A stretch of DNA of 54,243 bases from an uncultured Bacilli bacterium (GCA_934148875.1 CAKPDJ010000003.1:1-54243); one strand, 5' to 3'; numbered from the stretch's first letter, positions 1 to 9,786 are shown. A program made the numbers and translations. Notes: generated by a model not told the origin, from the letters alone.

Positions 1-118
1 ATATATTAATGTAAAATGACCATTTTTAATAATTTAAGCTAAAATAAAAACCAATCTTAAAAATCTATTTACTAGAATTTTAAAATTGGTATTAAAAACA
101 ATCATTAATTAATTATAT

Positions 119-1207
119 TTATACTTTTTTATGAATTGTACTAATAATAGTAGTTTTACTGATTTTATCGCATATTAAATTTTTCTTTCTTATAATGCAT
201 ATTAAAAGTAACAAATAATAAATCACTGTGAATATAACTATTAATATAACTAAAATATATAGATGTGCTAATAATAAATTTATTGATAATCTAAATAGTA
301 GATATGGAATAACAAACATTTCTGTAAGCCAAATTGATTGTCTTATAATTATTTGACGTTTTGGAAAATTACTACTAGTCTCGATTTTTAAATTAACAAA
401 ACTATATGCTAATGTTTTTCCTGAATAAATAGTAGGAATTAAGATATAATAAACAATCATCTCTATTAGTTGATAATAGTGGTTATTATTAGTAAACATT
501 GAAATAATACATGACATAATTATATATAATATGAAATCAATATTAAAGGCAACAAATCTCTTGAGAAATGATACTCTTTGCCCAAGTTCATATGCCCTAT
601 CATCTATTTTGTTTCTGTTTGGCAAAAATTTTATGAATAATGAGCCAACATAATAACCTAGAATACCACCTAAAGTATTTAATATTAAATCATCTACGTC
701 AAATAAACGATACCCTCTAGGATAAATAAAATATAGACCTGATAATTGTGTTAATTCAAAAAACAAACTTAATAAGAAAGTATATAAAATGGTCTTTTTT
801 AAATCTTTTTGAAAATAGTAATGTAAATATACTCCAAATGGTAAACATAATAAAATGTTGTAGGCTACTACATAGAAGCATGGTTCTAATAATGCCTTTA
901 AATATGTGTTTACATCACTAATAGATAAAGACGTTTCTCTAATAAAATCATTTATAAAGCTAAACGGAATCAACTGCATTCTTGGGGTTGTCAATCTACT
1001 TACTTCTTCAATGGTTGGCAAAGGTAATATTACTAAAAAATAAGCAGTCATTAAATATAAGATAAATGAATATATTATGATTACTCGCAGATAATAAATT
1101 GAACCATATTTATGATATTGATATAAAATGTATGGTACAGTAAAAATAAATGCTATTACTGGAAAAAAGTAAATTGAAGTTTTAATTATTTCTAGATATT
1201 CATTCAT
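119..1207 (-). CDS. Polytopic membrane protein, VanZ-like N-terminal half fused to an RDD-like C-terminal module
   Basis: 362-aa ORF with many hydrophobic segments. The N-terminal half shows a VanZ-like pattern (ELTQLSGLY...FDVDDLILNTLGGILGYYVG). The last ~150 aa resemble an RDD-type module (KRFVAFNIDFILYIIM...). Family calls by eye only. Confidence 0.5.
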   Translation of the reverse strand: MNEYLEIIKTSIYFFPVIAFIFTVPYILYQYHKYGSIYYLRVIIIYSFILYLMTAYFLVILPLPTIEEVSRLTTPRMQLIPFSFINDFIRETSLSISDVNTYLKALLEPCFYVVAYNILLCLPFGVYLHYYFQKDLKKTILYTFLLSLFFELTQLSGLYFIYPRGYRLFDVDDLILNTLGGILGYYVGSLFIKFLPNRNKIDDRAYELGQRVSFLKRFVAFNIDFILYIIMSCIISMFTNNNHYYQLIEMIVYYILIPTIYSGKTLAYSFVNLKIETSSNFPKRQIIIRQSIWLTEMFVIPYLLFRLSINLLLAHLYILVILIVIFTVIYYLLLLICIIRKKNLICDKISKTTIISTIHKKV

Positions 1208-1264
1208 AAATAAATCACCACATCAATATTATATAACATTAATGTAGTGATTTTTTATGACAAT

Positions 1265-1582
1265 TCAGTAATTTTTATGATAATGTTGATAACCGCCTAT
1301 TAAATCAACCGTTTTATAACCTAATTGATTTAATAATAAACATAATTTTCGACTTTTTTTTCCGCTATCACAATAAATGTAATAAGTTGACGATTTGTTT
1401 AGATAGTTTTCTGGTAATAGTGCTAAATAATTATAGGGAATATTAACAGAATTTCTAATATTTTCTATTATATATTCATATTTATCTCTTATATCAAGTA
1501 AGATCCTAGAGTTTGCTGTTAAAGTGTTGGTAGTAGAAATATGAATTTGATCTATTTCATTAATGTCAATAGAATCATACAT
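1265..1582 (-). CDS. Single-domain rhodanese-like sulfurtransferase
   Basis: 105-aa ORF with a rhodanese-fold pattern: LLDIRDKYEY, active-site Cys loop IYCDSGKKSRK, C-terminal DLIGGYQHY. Confidence 0.7.
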   Translation of the reverse strand: MYDSIDINEIDQIHISTTNTLTANSRILLDIRDKYEYIIENIRNSVNIPYNYLALLPENYLNKSSTYYIYCDSGKKSRKLCLLLNQLGYKTVDLIGGYQHYHKNY

Positions 1583-1626
1583 ATAATCAGCTCCAATATA
1601 TTATATTCTTTATGTGTACAATTACC

Positions 1627-1663
1627 ACAAAAAAATAGTTAATGCATAAGCACTAACTATTTT
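1627..1663 (-). terminator. Rho-independent terminator closing the T4SS operon
   Basis: Read on the minus strand: 12-bp stem (1634-1645 pairs with 1650-1661, one mismatch) and a 4-nt loop. A T-rich tail follows (complement of the A-run 1629-1633). It starts 10 nt after the coupling-protein stop codon (1671-1673). Confidence 0.6.
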
Positions 1664-1670
1664 AAATATA

Positions 1671-3995
1671 CTAATCATCAAAGAAATCATCGAAAAATTG
1701 ATCATCGCTAATGTTATCGTTCTTAGGTGGCATCTTTTCTTCATGTATTATTGGTTCTTTTACTGATGGTTGTTCTAGGGACACCATTTCATTAGAAGGT
1801 GAGCTAGAAGGCTCAGTAACTGGTGTTTCTTTAGAACTAATATTAGTAATTTCAGTATTGGTTGATTTAGGTTTTAATAAATCATCAATAGATATTTTTC
1901 TCTCCTCAACTGGTTTTTGTTCATTTTTAGGGTTAATATCAATTGTTGAAGGTTTTGGTTGAGGTTCTGAAATAGGTTCAGTTGTTTGTTTTGGTTCACT
2001 AGCTTTTTCTTTTTGTTGTTTTTCTTCTTGTTCAATTTCAGCAATTTTTGCATCAATTTTTTTGATTATATCATCTACATTAAGACCAGCACCTGTGCTA
2101 GTATTATTTGGCATATTATGATTATTAGGCATATTGCCCATCATAGGATTAGTTCTAGGTCCAAACATATTATTAGGTTGTTGGAAACCATTCATTCCTC
2201 CAGGCATTCCTCCAGCAACTGGCATTCCCATAGGCATACCACCTGGTGGATTTGCAGTAGGATCATTCATCATTTGCATTAACTTTTCTTTTTTCTTTTC
2301 CTTAACAAATTCCCTTAAATCGAAAGTATGAACTTCTTCCTTTTCACGCTCTGGATATTCAGCACTTGCATATTTTTTTCCAAATTCCATCTGATAATAT
2401 GGCACAAATTTAGTTTTGAATGGATTTTTACGCATACGTAATATTATAACTTCAAATTGTTTCATACGTTGTAAATCACTAATAGTTACAAGTGGTGTTG
2501 AAGCTGTTTTATCATCTTTTTTAGATTTTACCTCACCACACATTTTACTAATTTCTTCAAGAGCTTTCAATTCGGTAGTAATCAAATATATAATATTACC
2601 GCAGTTACCTTTGATAGTTTCTGCATTTTCTTTTCCATATACTTGATCAAGCTGAGCAAAGTTTTGAATAATCATAGTAAAACGAATTTGACGACTACGT
2701 GCCGCTGTAATCATAGTAGTTATGTCTTTTAATGGTGGCATATTGGCAAACTCATCAAGTAGGAAGTTTGTTCTAACAGGAAGTTTTCCACCATGTTTTT
2801 GAGCAGTTGCGATTAATGTTTCATAACATTGTTTTAATAAGATAGTAACTAATGGGTGATAAGTCTTCTTTTCATCTTGAATAACGATGAATAATGCTGT
2901 AGGTTTTTCACCAATACTTTCTAAATCAATATCGCTATGGCTTAACATTTCGGAAAGATTTTCACGTGATGCAAATAGTTTTATTTTTTGTTTGAATACG
3001 GAAATGATACTTCCCTTTGTTTCACTTGGAGCCATGATAGTACCACTTGCATTGGTATAAGCAGCACTACTTGGATCTTTTAAGTTGAAGTATTCTTTTA
3101 TGTAGGTTGAACCACCAAATTTTTCTTCACCAACAGTAGTCATTAAACTAATACTGTTAATATTTACTTTATCTTCTGTAGTATCTTCAAACATACCAAG
3201 CGCAAGTCCAGCAAAATAATCGGCTGAAGTTTTTTCCCAGAATGGATCGGCATTACCACTTTTTTCCTCATACAGGATATTAGAAGCTAAGTCATCCAAT
3301 AACTCAATAGCTTTATCTTGATTGCCAGATTTATACATACGATATGGTAAAGATAATGGATTCCAAGCACTACCATTTTGTGGATCACGGAAGTTAAGTA
3401 CTAATACTTCGTAACCTTTTTCACGTAGCATGTTTGAAGTTTTTTCATAGATTTCACCTTTAGGGTCAGTAATAATCATTGACTCTTTTTTCTTAGCCAA
3501 AACTTCTACGGTTGGGAAAATTACAGTTTGGGTTTTACCAGAACCTGTTGCACCAATTACTAATGAGTGGTATTCACCATTATCTACCCATACTTCATCT
3601 TTCTTAATGATTAATGGAATACCGGCAACATCAGAGTTTTCAGCATTTGGTTTTACCATAGCTACACCCTTGTCTTCTTTTATTTCCTTTTCTTTAGCCC
3701 AGTGACTATAACCCTTTGAAGATTTTTCTGTTGAAAAACCAAAACCACTTTCTCTCTCAAAGAAATATGAAGAAACTGACATAAAGATTGCAGCTAAAAA
3801 TATAAGATAAAAAACAAGAGTAGCTACTATTCTATTTGGTGCTAGTGCTGGTAATGGATTAAGTCCATAGAAATGTCCTCTTAAGGCTAATTCTGGAAAA
3901 TTTAAAACTCCCAAACAAACTATATAAAATAGAAATATCGCAAATAAAATAAATATTAAAACATCTGTTGCATCAGCTTTAAATTTTAATTTCAT
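1671..3995 (-). CDS. virD4: Type IV coupling protein (VirD4/TraG family) with long low-complexity C-terminal tail
   Basis: Two N-terminal TM helices. Walker A VIGATGSGKTQ (nt 3531-3554). IITDPKGE and FLLDEFANMPPL (Walker B-like) motifs typical of TraG/VirD4. The probable start is ATG 3993-3995 with AGGAGGA 5 nt upstream; the ORF track starts at 4016. The last ~220 aa are P/M/G/N/E/K-rich and end in DDQFFDDFFDD. Confidence 0.85.
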   Translation of the reverse strand: MKLKFKADATDVLIFILFAIFLFYIVCLGVLNFPELALRGHFYGLNPLPALAPNRIVATLVFYLIFLAAIFMSVSSYFFERESGFGFSTEKSSKGYSHWAKEKEIKEDKGVAMVKPNAENSDVAGIPLIIKKDEVWVDNGEYHSLVIGATGSGKTQTVIFPTVEVLAKKKESMIITDPKGEIYEKTSNMLREKGYEVLVLNFRDPQNGSAWNPLSLPYRMYKSGNQDKAIELLDDLASNILYEEKSGNADPFWEKTSADYFAGLALGMFEDTTEDKVNINSISLMTTVGEEKFGGSTYIKEYFNLKDPSSAAYTNASGTIMAPSETKGSIISVFKQKIKLFASRENLSEMLSHSDIDLESIGEKPTALFIVIQDEKKTYHPLVTILLKQCYETLIATAQKHGGKLPVRTNFLLDEFANMPPLKDITTMITAARSRQIRFTMIIQNFAQLDQVYGKENAETIKGNCGNIIYLITTELKALEEISKMCGEVKSKKDDKTASTPLVTISDLQRMKQFEVIILRMRKNPFKTKFVPYYQMEFGKKYASAEYPEREKEEVHTFDLREFVKEKKKEKLMQMMNDPTANPPGGMPMGMPVAGGMPGGMNGFQQPNNMFGPRTNPMMGNMPNNHNMPNNTSTGAGLNVDDIIKKIDAKIAEIEQEEKQQKEKASEPKQTTEPISEPQPKPSTIDINPKNEQKPVEERKISIDDLLKPKSTNTEITNISSKETPVTEPSSSPSNEMVSLEQPSVKEPIIHEEKMPPKNDNISDDQFFDDFFDD

Positions 3996-4005
3996 ACCCT
4001 TCCTC

Positions 4006-4743
4006 CTAAATCTCATTCAATTGTTTGTTTTTATTTTTAATATAGAAGTAGATAATACTACCAACACCTAGTATTATACCAATTATTAGAATGATGTAAA
4101 TAATTTTTTTGATGAATTCATTTTCATAGTTGAAGATAAATTCATTTTTTTTGATAGTTAATGTAATAGCACTATCATTACTGCTATCTCTAGTTATGTC
4201 CCATGTATAATTATATCCTTTAGTTTTAGTAGCATTACTGCTTACTACTTTATGATTAGTTTTTATGTTAACAGTTATACGATCTAACAGTGGATATTCT
4301 TTGAAGCATAAATTTTCTAATGAAGTTGATAATATTATATTATCATCTTGTTCTATGACGTTAAAATACTGATAACATTTTTTTACTATTGATGATTCAT
4401 TAAAATTAGTTAAATCAAACTTATTATATTTTAATTTTTGTCCCAACTCAGTAGCATTAGATATTAAAGTGTTATCGTAATATTCAACTCCATCTAATTT
4501 AATACTATCATTTTCATCAACAACGGCATTATTAAATGCTGGATATGGATAATCTACTGATGCCTTCAGTAATTCTCGATAACTTAAATCATACTGAACA
4601 GTACTATCCCAAGTGGAAGAATCATTATTTATAAATTGCATGTTTTCTTTCACTTGGTTATTATATATTTCTAAATCATAATTGGCATGACATCCTGTTA
4701 TGCAAAAAAGAAGAATTGATAGTACACATATTTTTCTTTTCAT
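4006..4743 (-). CDS. Lipoprotein with C-terminal TM anchor, T4SS-associated, unknown family
   Basis: Signal peptide plus lipobox (MKRKICVLSILLFCITG-C). Soluble domain of ~190 aa. C-terminal TM helix (IIYIILIIGIILGVGSIIYFYI). Sits between the hydrolase and the coupling protein. Confidence 0.55.
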   Translation of the reverse strand: MKRKICVLSILLFCITGCHANYDLEIYNNQVKENMQFINNDSSTWDSTVQYDLSYRELLKASVDYPYPAFNNAVVDENDSIKLDGVEYYDNTLISNATELGQKLKYNKFDLTNFNESSIVKKCYQYFNVIEQDDNIILSTSLENLCFKEYPLLDRITVNIKTNHKVVSSNATKTKGYNYTWDITRDSSNDSAITLTIKKNEFIFNYENEFIKKIIYIILIIGIILGVGSIIYFYIKNKNKQLNEI

Positions 4744-4752
4744 AGTACCTCC

Positions 4753-7431
4753 CTATTGTGGATAATCTGTTACGGCTTTACTATTTGCATAGTAACTATC
4801 CATATTTACTAAGTAATATGAACCTGTACTTGTAAATGATATAGTGGTAATTCTAACACCATTTTTTCTACCACTTGCTTCTGCTACTACATAACCATCT
4901 TTGGTAACATCAACAATCATTCTGATATGTCCTGTTGTTCCATTAGCACTCTGTGGTGCATTATAAATTAAATCACCTGGTTTAGCTGATGAATCAGTTG
5001 TACCTTTAAACCATTTTCTTTTATCTCCTGAATCACCCCAACCTTTGGCACTTTTAACCTCGTATAGGTAACCTCCATTATGAACAGCCCATGATATAAA
5101 TCCACTACAATCAAGTCCGTTTGATGGATAGTCTGTTCTACCTGTGTTGGTACCCCAGCTTGGATCCATACCATATCCACTGTATTTTCCACTAGGATAT
5201 AATTCATAAGGGAGAATGTGTCCGGTTTGAGAGTAAAAGTTATTTATTAATGTTACACCAGCAGCAACAACACCAGCTCTAGTACTAACTCCTGCTTTTC
5301 TTACTTGATCATAAATAACTTGGTTCATATCATTAATGCTTACACCTGATTCATTTAGATATTGTGTAAGTGGACGATTAATGATTGTAGCTCCATCAGT
5401 AGTAGTTGGTGATAATACTAAACTAATAGTTACACCATCTGAATAGAAATAAGATAATATTTCTTGGTAATTTTTACCTTCTTTTGCCATTTGATATGAT
5501 ACTAATTGGCTCATACCATGAGCATGACCCTGACCATGAGTAATTCTACCATATTGTGCTGTATCACTTAATGTTACTACATGTTTTTCTCCATTTGGCA
5601 CTTTGGTATAGGTAACTGTATAAGTACCATCAGCATTTTTCTTAGCATCTGGACAATCTGAATCGTCATAACAGAATGAATCATATTGAGAAGCAAATAT
5701 TTTACCGTTTGAATCAATTAAAACCTCACCGGCTGTAGCATTTGTTGCTTGTCTCGCAGCATCATTAATATCCTTTGTAAATGTTTGAGCATTGGTACTG
5801 TTTGAAATAGTTTTTTGGCAGTAATCAGTTACTTTGATTGCATATGTACGTGCTGCAACTGCCTGAGCTTTTAAGGCCTCGATTCCTTCTGATGTATATG
5901 CTTCTCTAGATACAACACCAGCAACATATTCTTCAAAATCAATTGTTCCTTCGCCTTCAATAGTAATACCATTTGGGCACAAACTTGATGGGCCTTGATA
6001 ACTAGCAGCACAGGTTTGGCTTGGACCATATTGATCATATAATAAGTATATATCGTCTGCTATAGCAATAACTTTTCTTTCATAATCTTCAGCATCTGAA
6101 CTTGGCAAATAATCTTTATAATAGTTTGGAACAAAATAATTAATTAAATTCCAATAATATACACTTTCAGTTCTAGTACTGTAGTCACCAATACTAATTT
6201 CTCTTTGCGTTGGTGGCAACATATCCTTAGCATACTTTTCACTACAATTACCCTCTGAATCAAATGGAGGTTGATATATGTTGAATTCGTAATTAACCTC
6301 TTCATTAACTCTTTTCGTAAATAAACCATTTTTATCGTTTGATGCTACTAGTTCAGCACTTGAACTATCTAAAATTGTGTCTGTATTAAAGCCTGGTTTA
6401 TAATATGAGTCTACCGTATCCGCAGTAACTGGAGTTTGTAATGTAGGATTACTACAATAATAACCTGTACTATCTTTTAAATCTTTGTTTAAACCATACT
6501 TCTTTGTTTTAAATTGCATATTAGCAAGTAGTCTTACTTGTTTGTTCATTTTTTTGTACATTTTCTTTACACTACCCTCATCTTCTGAATCGGAATCAGA
6601 GTAAGAAACATCTTCTTCATCTATCGGTTTTTCACCGTCTATTAATGAATCTTCAAAATTATTTCTCACTAGTAATGTAGCTGTAATTAAATTGATATCA
6701 ATACAAATATCATATTTCTTGCTAATATCGGTTTGAACACTTTTTAATTCTTCATAATACTTTTCCTGTGCCTCTTGAGCAGTTCCTGTGAAGAAATTAA
6801 CTATGTTATCCCATATCCCTCTTATATACTCAATAGCCATTTCTATAGGGTACATAACCATAGCACCTGCAAAAAGAACTAAAACTATGGTAAAGAAGAA
6901 TGGCGCTACTGCACTTATGATTGTAATTATTTTTTTCTTTTTATTATTTCCAAATATTCCTGAAGATAGGCCATCACCGCTAATATTTGAGGAATTATTA
7001 CTATTTTCACTACTACTATTACTATCATTCGATGTATTATTACCATTTGATGTATTACTTTTATTATTCGTATTGCCAGTGTTTAAACCACCTAGGCCAC
7101 CGTTTGATTGAGAATTTATACCATTTTGAACTGGTAATTCACTTGGTGTACCACCACTTGCTAAATCCATTCCTTTATCAACCGCATCTAAAGCTCCAGA
7201 ATCATTTAATTTTTGACTAGCTTTATTTAGAGCTGGATTATTCTGAATTCTATTACCGGCTGCTTTTTCTAATTCTTGACCAACAGCAGTTTGACTAGCC
7301 ATATCGTAGGCTTTTGCACCAGCTCCTCCACCAAAATAAGTGGCTGCAGCTTTTCCAGCAACATGAGCTGTTTTTTGAGCAGCTTCCGCTTGTTTTTGTT
7401 GTTCTAAATCTTCTTCTTCCATACAGCTCAC
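4753..7431 (-). CDS. T4SS-associated bifunctional cell-wall hydrolase (SpoIID-like + NlpC/P60 domains)
   Basis: N-terminal A/G/K-rich segment, N/S-rich low-complexity linker, and one TM helix (IITIISAVAPFFFTIVLVLFAGAMV). SpoIID-type motifs: VVSREAYTSEGIEALKAQAVAARTYA and GHAHGMSQLVSYQMAKEGKNYQEILSYFY. C-terminal NlpC/P60 motifs: GLDCSGFISWAVHNGG and TGHIRMIV. The likely start is ATG 7420-7422 (AGGTGA 5 nt upstream); the ORF track uses GTG 7431. Confidence 0.8.
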   Translation of the reverse strand: MSCMEEEDLEQQKQAEAAQKTAHVAGKAAATYFGGGAGAKAYDMASQTAVGQELEKAAGNRIQNNPALNKASQKLNDSGALDAVDKGMDLASGGTPSELPVQNGINSQSNGGLGGLNTGNTNNKSNTSNGNNTSNDSNSSSENSNNSSNISGDGLSSGIFGNNKKKKIITIISAVAPFFFTIVLVLFAGAMVMYPIEMAIEYIRGIWDNIVNFFTGTAQEAQEKYYEELKSVQTDISKKYDICIDINLITATLLVRNNFEDSLIDGEKPIDEEDVSYSDSDSEDEGSVKKMYKKMNKQVRLLANMQFKTKKYGLNKDLKDSTGYYCSNPTLQTPVTADTVDSYYKPGFNTDTILDSSSAELVASNDKNGLFTKRVNEEVNYEFNIYQPPFDSEGNCSEKYAKDMLPPTQREISIGDYSTRTESVYYWNLINYFVPNYYKDYLPSSDAEDYERKVIAIADDIYLLYDQYGPSQTCAASYQGPSSLCPNGITIEGEGTIDFEEYVAGVVSREAYTSEGIEALKAQAVAARTYAIKVTDYCQKTISNSTNAQTFTKDINDAARQATNATAGEVLIDSNGKIFASQYDSFCYDDSDCPDAKKNADGTYTVTYTKVPNGEKHVVTLSDTAQYGRITHGQGHAHGMSQLVSYQMAKEGKNYQEILSYFYSDGVTISLVLSPTTTDGATIINRPLTQYLNESGVSINDMNQVIYDQVRKAGVSTRAGVVAAGVTLINNFYSQTGHILPYELYPSGKYSGYGMDPSWGTNTGRTDYPSNGLDCSGFISWAVHNGGYLYEVKSAKGWGDSGDKRKWFKGTTDSSAKPGDLIYNAPQSANGTTGHIRMIVDVTKDGYVVAEASGRKNGVRITTISFTSTGSYYLVNMDSYYANSKAVTDYPQ

Positions 7432-7450
7432 CTGCCTTTACTTCAAAATT

Positions 7451-9238
7451 CTATAGTCCTCCACCAGAACCGAACGATTCAAGTTCTTCTGGAGTTAAAA
7501 TAACATTTATACGCATACGACGATTTCCACAAACGAATAATGCTTCTCCTTGTGAATAACGTTTTATACTCTCTTTTTCATTTTCATTTAAATCAATTAA
7601 TCTACCTAAGTCATCAACAGCTTGCTTTTTAAGTCCCATTACTAAGTAATAAGAGGCATTATCGAAAATTGCTTTACCGTGAATAATAACATTCGGAGCT
7701 GCAAAGTCACTAGGTTGTTGTGTAATAATGATTGAACCTGTGTTATATTTACGAGCACGACGTTGAACTTGAGCTAAGAACTCAGCCCCTAGAGCATTGC
7801 TACCTGATAATAAGACATGAGCTTCATCTACCATTAAGCATGTATTGATACTTTTATCAAGACATAGTCCCCAAGCATATTTTAATATATTGAAAAATAG
7901 TGCATTACGTATATTATCTGCGGAATTCATTAATTCCTTAATATTAAATATAATAAAATCTGTATTGGGATTGACTGTTGTATGACCATCAAAATAATAT
8001 TTTAACTCTTGTGTTAATGGTCTTATCTTTAACTCAAGTTTTTCCATAATATCACGTTCTTGAGTTTTTTCTGTCATTGATAATAGTCTACCTTTGATAG
8101 TTGCATAAACATCAGAAAATGTTGGATAATCACTTGCTTGATAATTGTAAAAATTACTATTAAAGTCAATTCCAAAGCGACGATATGTATCTTGAACTAC
8201 TTCACTAAACATAGTTAGTACATCTTCTTCAATGGAAGGATCATAATAACGCATAAAACCTTTTAAGAACTGTAATGTTCTAGTTAAAACGGTATATCCA
8301 AGTCCTTCTTTAATCTCGTCTTCATCGGCATCAATTACTATTTGAAGTGGATTAACCATTCCATATTCTCCACCTTTACCTAAATCAATTGATTCTCCGC
8401 CAAAGTTAGTCGCCATTTCATACAACTCATTTTCTGGATCAATTGCTACTATTTGGTAACCATTACGAATATGACTTCTAATCATTAATTTAGCTGCTGT
8501 TGATTTACCTGAACCAGATGTACCTAAAATAATAAGGTTAGCATTATTACGATTATTTTCTTTTTTAATTTGATATAAGAATTGATTAAATAGAATAACT
8601 CCACCTGAAAAATCTACTCCAAGTAATGTAGATAAACCTGGATCTTTAATACTATCAAATATGAATGGGTACATAGCTGCTATTGTTGGTGAAGGTATTG
8701 GTGTACCAATACGATTTTCAACATCTTGTTTTGGGAATATTGGTACAATTGATTTTAATACCTTTTCTTGTTCAAAGCGTAGTGAAACACCTTTCATTTC
8801 CATAGCATCTAAGTAGTTTTTAACATTTATCTTTTTTAGTTCTAAATCTTCTTTGGTATCAGCTGTAATCATAATATGCATTTGATAGTCAAATATTTTG
8901 GCTTGACTTCCTGCGAGCATAGTTATGAATTGCTCTAATGATTCATAGTCTAATCTTATTCTTTCGCGAACAGTATTGTCTCTTTCCTCCTGATATCTAG
9001 TTTTTAAATCAGCAATTTGCTTATTTAACATTTTAGACATAGTTGAAAATGGAACTGGTATGTGTTTAGCTACAACTTTAATACCAGACATACTAGTTAG
9101 TGATGATAAATAACCAGGATAGATATATTTTGGATATGATACTATTGTTAATATAGTTGCATATTTACCACTAACAACAAAATCTCCCGCATTGAACTGT
9201 AGTCCCTTTGGAGCTACTTCAGATTTGAAAATACTCAT
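7451..9238 (-). CDS. virB4: VirB4-family T4SS ATPase (C-terminal two-thirds)
   Basis: Walker A ILGTSGSGKST (nt 8498-8524) and Walker B CLMVDEAHVLL. The motor-domain layout is typical of Gram-positive VirB4 (TcpF/PrgJ/Orf16-like) proteins. At 595 aa it is ~200 aa shorter than usual VirB4 proteins. Confidence 0.85.
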   Translation of the reverse strand: MSIFKSEVAPKGLQFNAGDFVVSGKYATILTIVSYPKYIYPGYLSSLTSMSGIKVVAKHIPVPFSTMSKMLNKQIADLKTRYQEERDNTVRERIRLDYESLEQFITMLAGSQAKIFDYQMHIMITADTKEDLELKKINVKNYLDAMEMKGVSLRFEQEKVLKSIVPIFPKQDVENRIGTPIPSPTIAAMYPFIFDSIKDPGLSTLLGVDFSGGVILFNQFLYQIKKENNRNNANLIILGTSGSGKSTAAKLMIRSHIRNGYQIVAIDPENELYEMATNFGGESIDLGKGGEYGMVNPLQIVIDADEDEIKEGLGYTVLTRTLQFLKGFMRYYDPSIEEDVLTMFSEVVQDTYRRFGIDFNSNFYNYQASDYPTFSDVYATIKGRLLSMTEKTQERDIMEKLELKIRPLTQELKYYFDGHTTVNPNTDFIIFNIKELMNSADNIRNALFFNILKYAWGLCLDKSINTCLMVDEAHVLLSGSNALGAEFLAQVQRRARKYNTGSIIITQQPSDFAAPNVIIHGKAIFDNASYYLVMGLKKQAVDDLGRLIDLNENEKESIKRYSQGEALFVCGNRRMRINVILTPEELESFGSGGGL

Positions 9239-9786
9239 AGAGGCATCACCGTCCCAAATGTAGTGGTTGAACCACCGTTTAAAAAGTTATCTAAAATTAT
9301 TCTTAAGTCTTCATTACTAGTTTGGCTTGCTATCAAACCGGCTGTTGATAGTCCACTAATAAGAGAACGTACTTTCTTTTGCATTAATTCAACATTTCTT
9401 TCTTTGAATAAAATATAATATTCTGTATCAACAACATTATTATTCATAAAGTAATTACCTTTTTGAATATCTTGACTGATTAATTTACGAATATGTTGAT
9501 TTTGTTGACTTTGATATTGAAGCTGTAATTGAGAAAGATATACAGAAATATCAACAGGTCTATCTGCAACTACTAACCAAAATTCGTAATCGATTGTGTT
9601 ATAAAAATTCTTAAGTGCTATTAATACATTTGCTTGTGAATCTTCATCCAAGATGAAGATATTGCGTGGAGTTATTTTTACTCCTGAAACTTTATCTTGA
9701 TTTGGTAAGACTATCATACCGTTAGTAATTGATTGTATATTTATCCAATCTTCTGTCCATTTACTTTGATTTATCTTCTGATTCAT
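9235..9786 (-). CDS. VirB4 N-terminal-domain-like protein (separate ORF, translationally coupled)
   Basis: 183 aa. The pattern IQSITNGMIVLPNQDKVSGVKITPRNIFILDEDSQANVLIALKNFYNTIDYEFWLVV...DISVYL resembles the N-terminal region of Gram-positive VirB4 proteins. Its stop overlaps the VirB4 start (ATGA, 9235-9238). Confidence 0.4.
   Translation of the reverse strand: MNQKINQSKWTEDWINIQSITNGMIVLPNQDKVSGVKITPRNIFILDEDSQANVLIALKNFYNTIDYEFWLVVADRPVDISVYLSQLQLQYQSQQNQHIRKLISQDIQKGNYFMNNNVVDTEYYILFKERNVELMQKKVRSLISGLSTAGLIASQTSNEDLRIILDNFLNGGSTTTFGTVMPL

Noticed and set aside
1711-2646. Short ORFs from the track nested in or antisense to long genes. Examples: 1711-1962 +, 1874-2056 -, 1986-2282 +, 2134-2331 +, 2416-2646 +. 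Similar ones occur elsewhere: 4968-5207, 6144-6329, 6788-7220, 11009-11668, 12638-12820, 13283-13645, 14871-15464, 24495-26915, 43747-43986, 46499-47171 and 50271-50905.
   Set aside because: They all lie entirely inside much longer ORFs that carry clear family motifs. They have low-complexity or hydrophobic translations typical of shadow frames in AT-rich DNA, and they lack convincing SD sequences.
6937-7119. The N/S/G-rich low-complexity coding stretch in the hydrolase gene as a tandem DNA repeat or contingency locus.
   Set aside because: The DNA is compositionally biased but not a regular tandem repeat or homopolymer, so it looks like an ordinary disordered linker.
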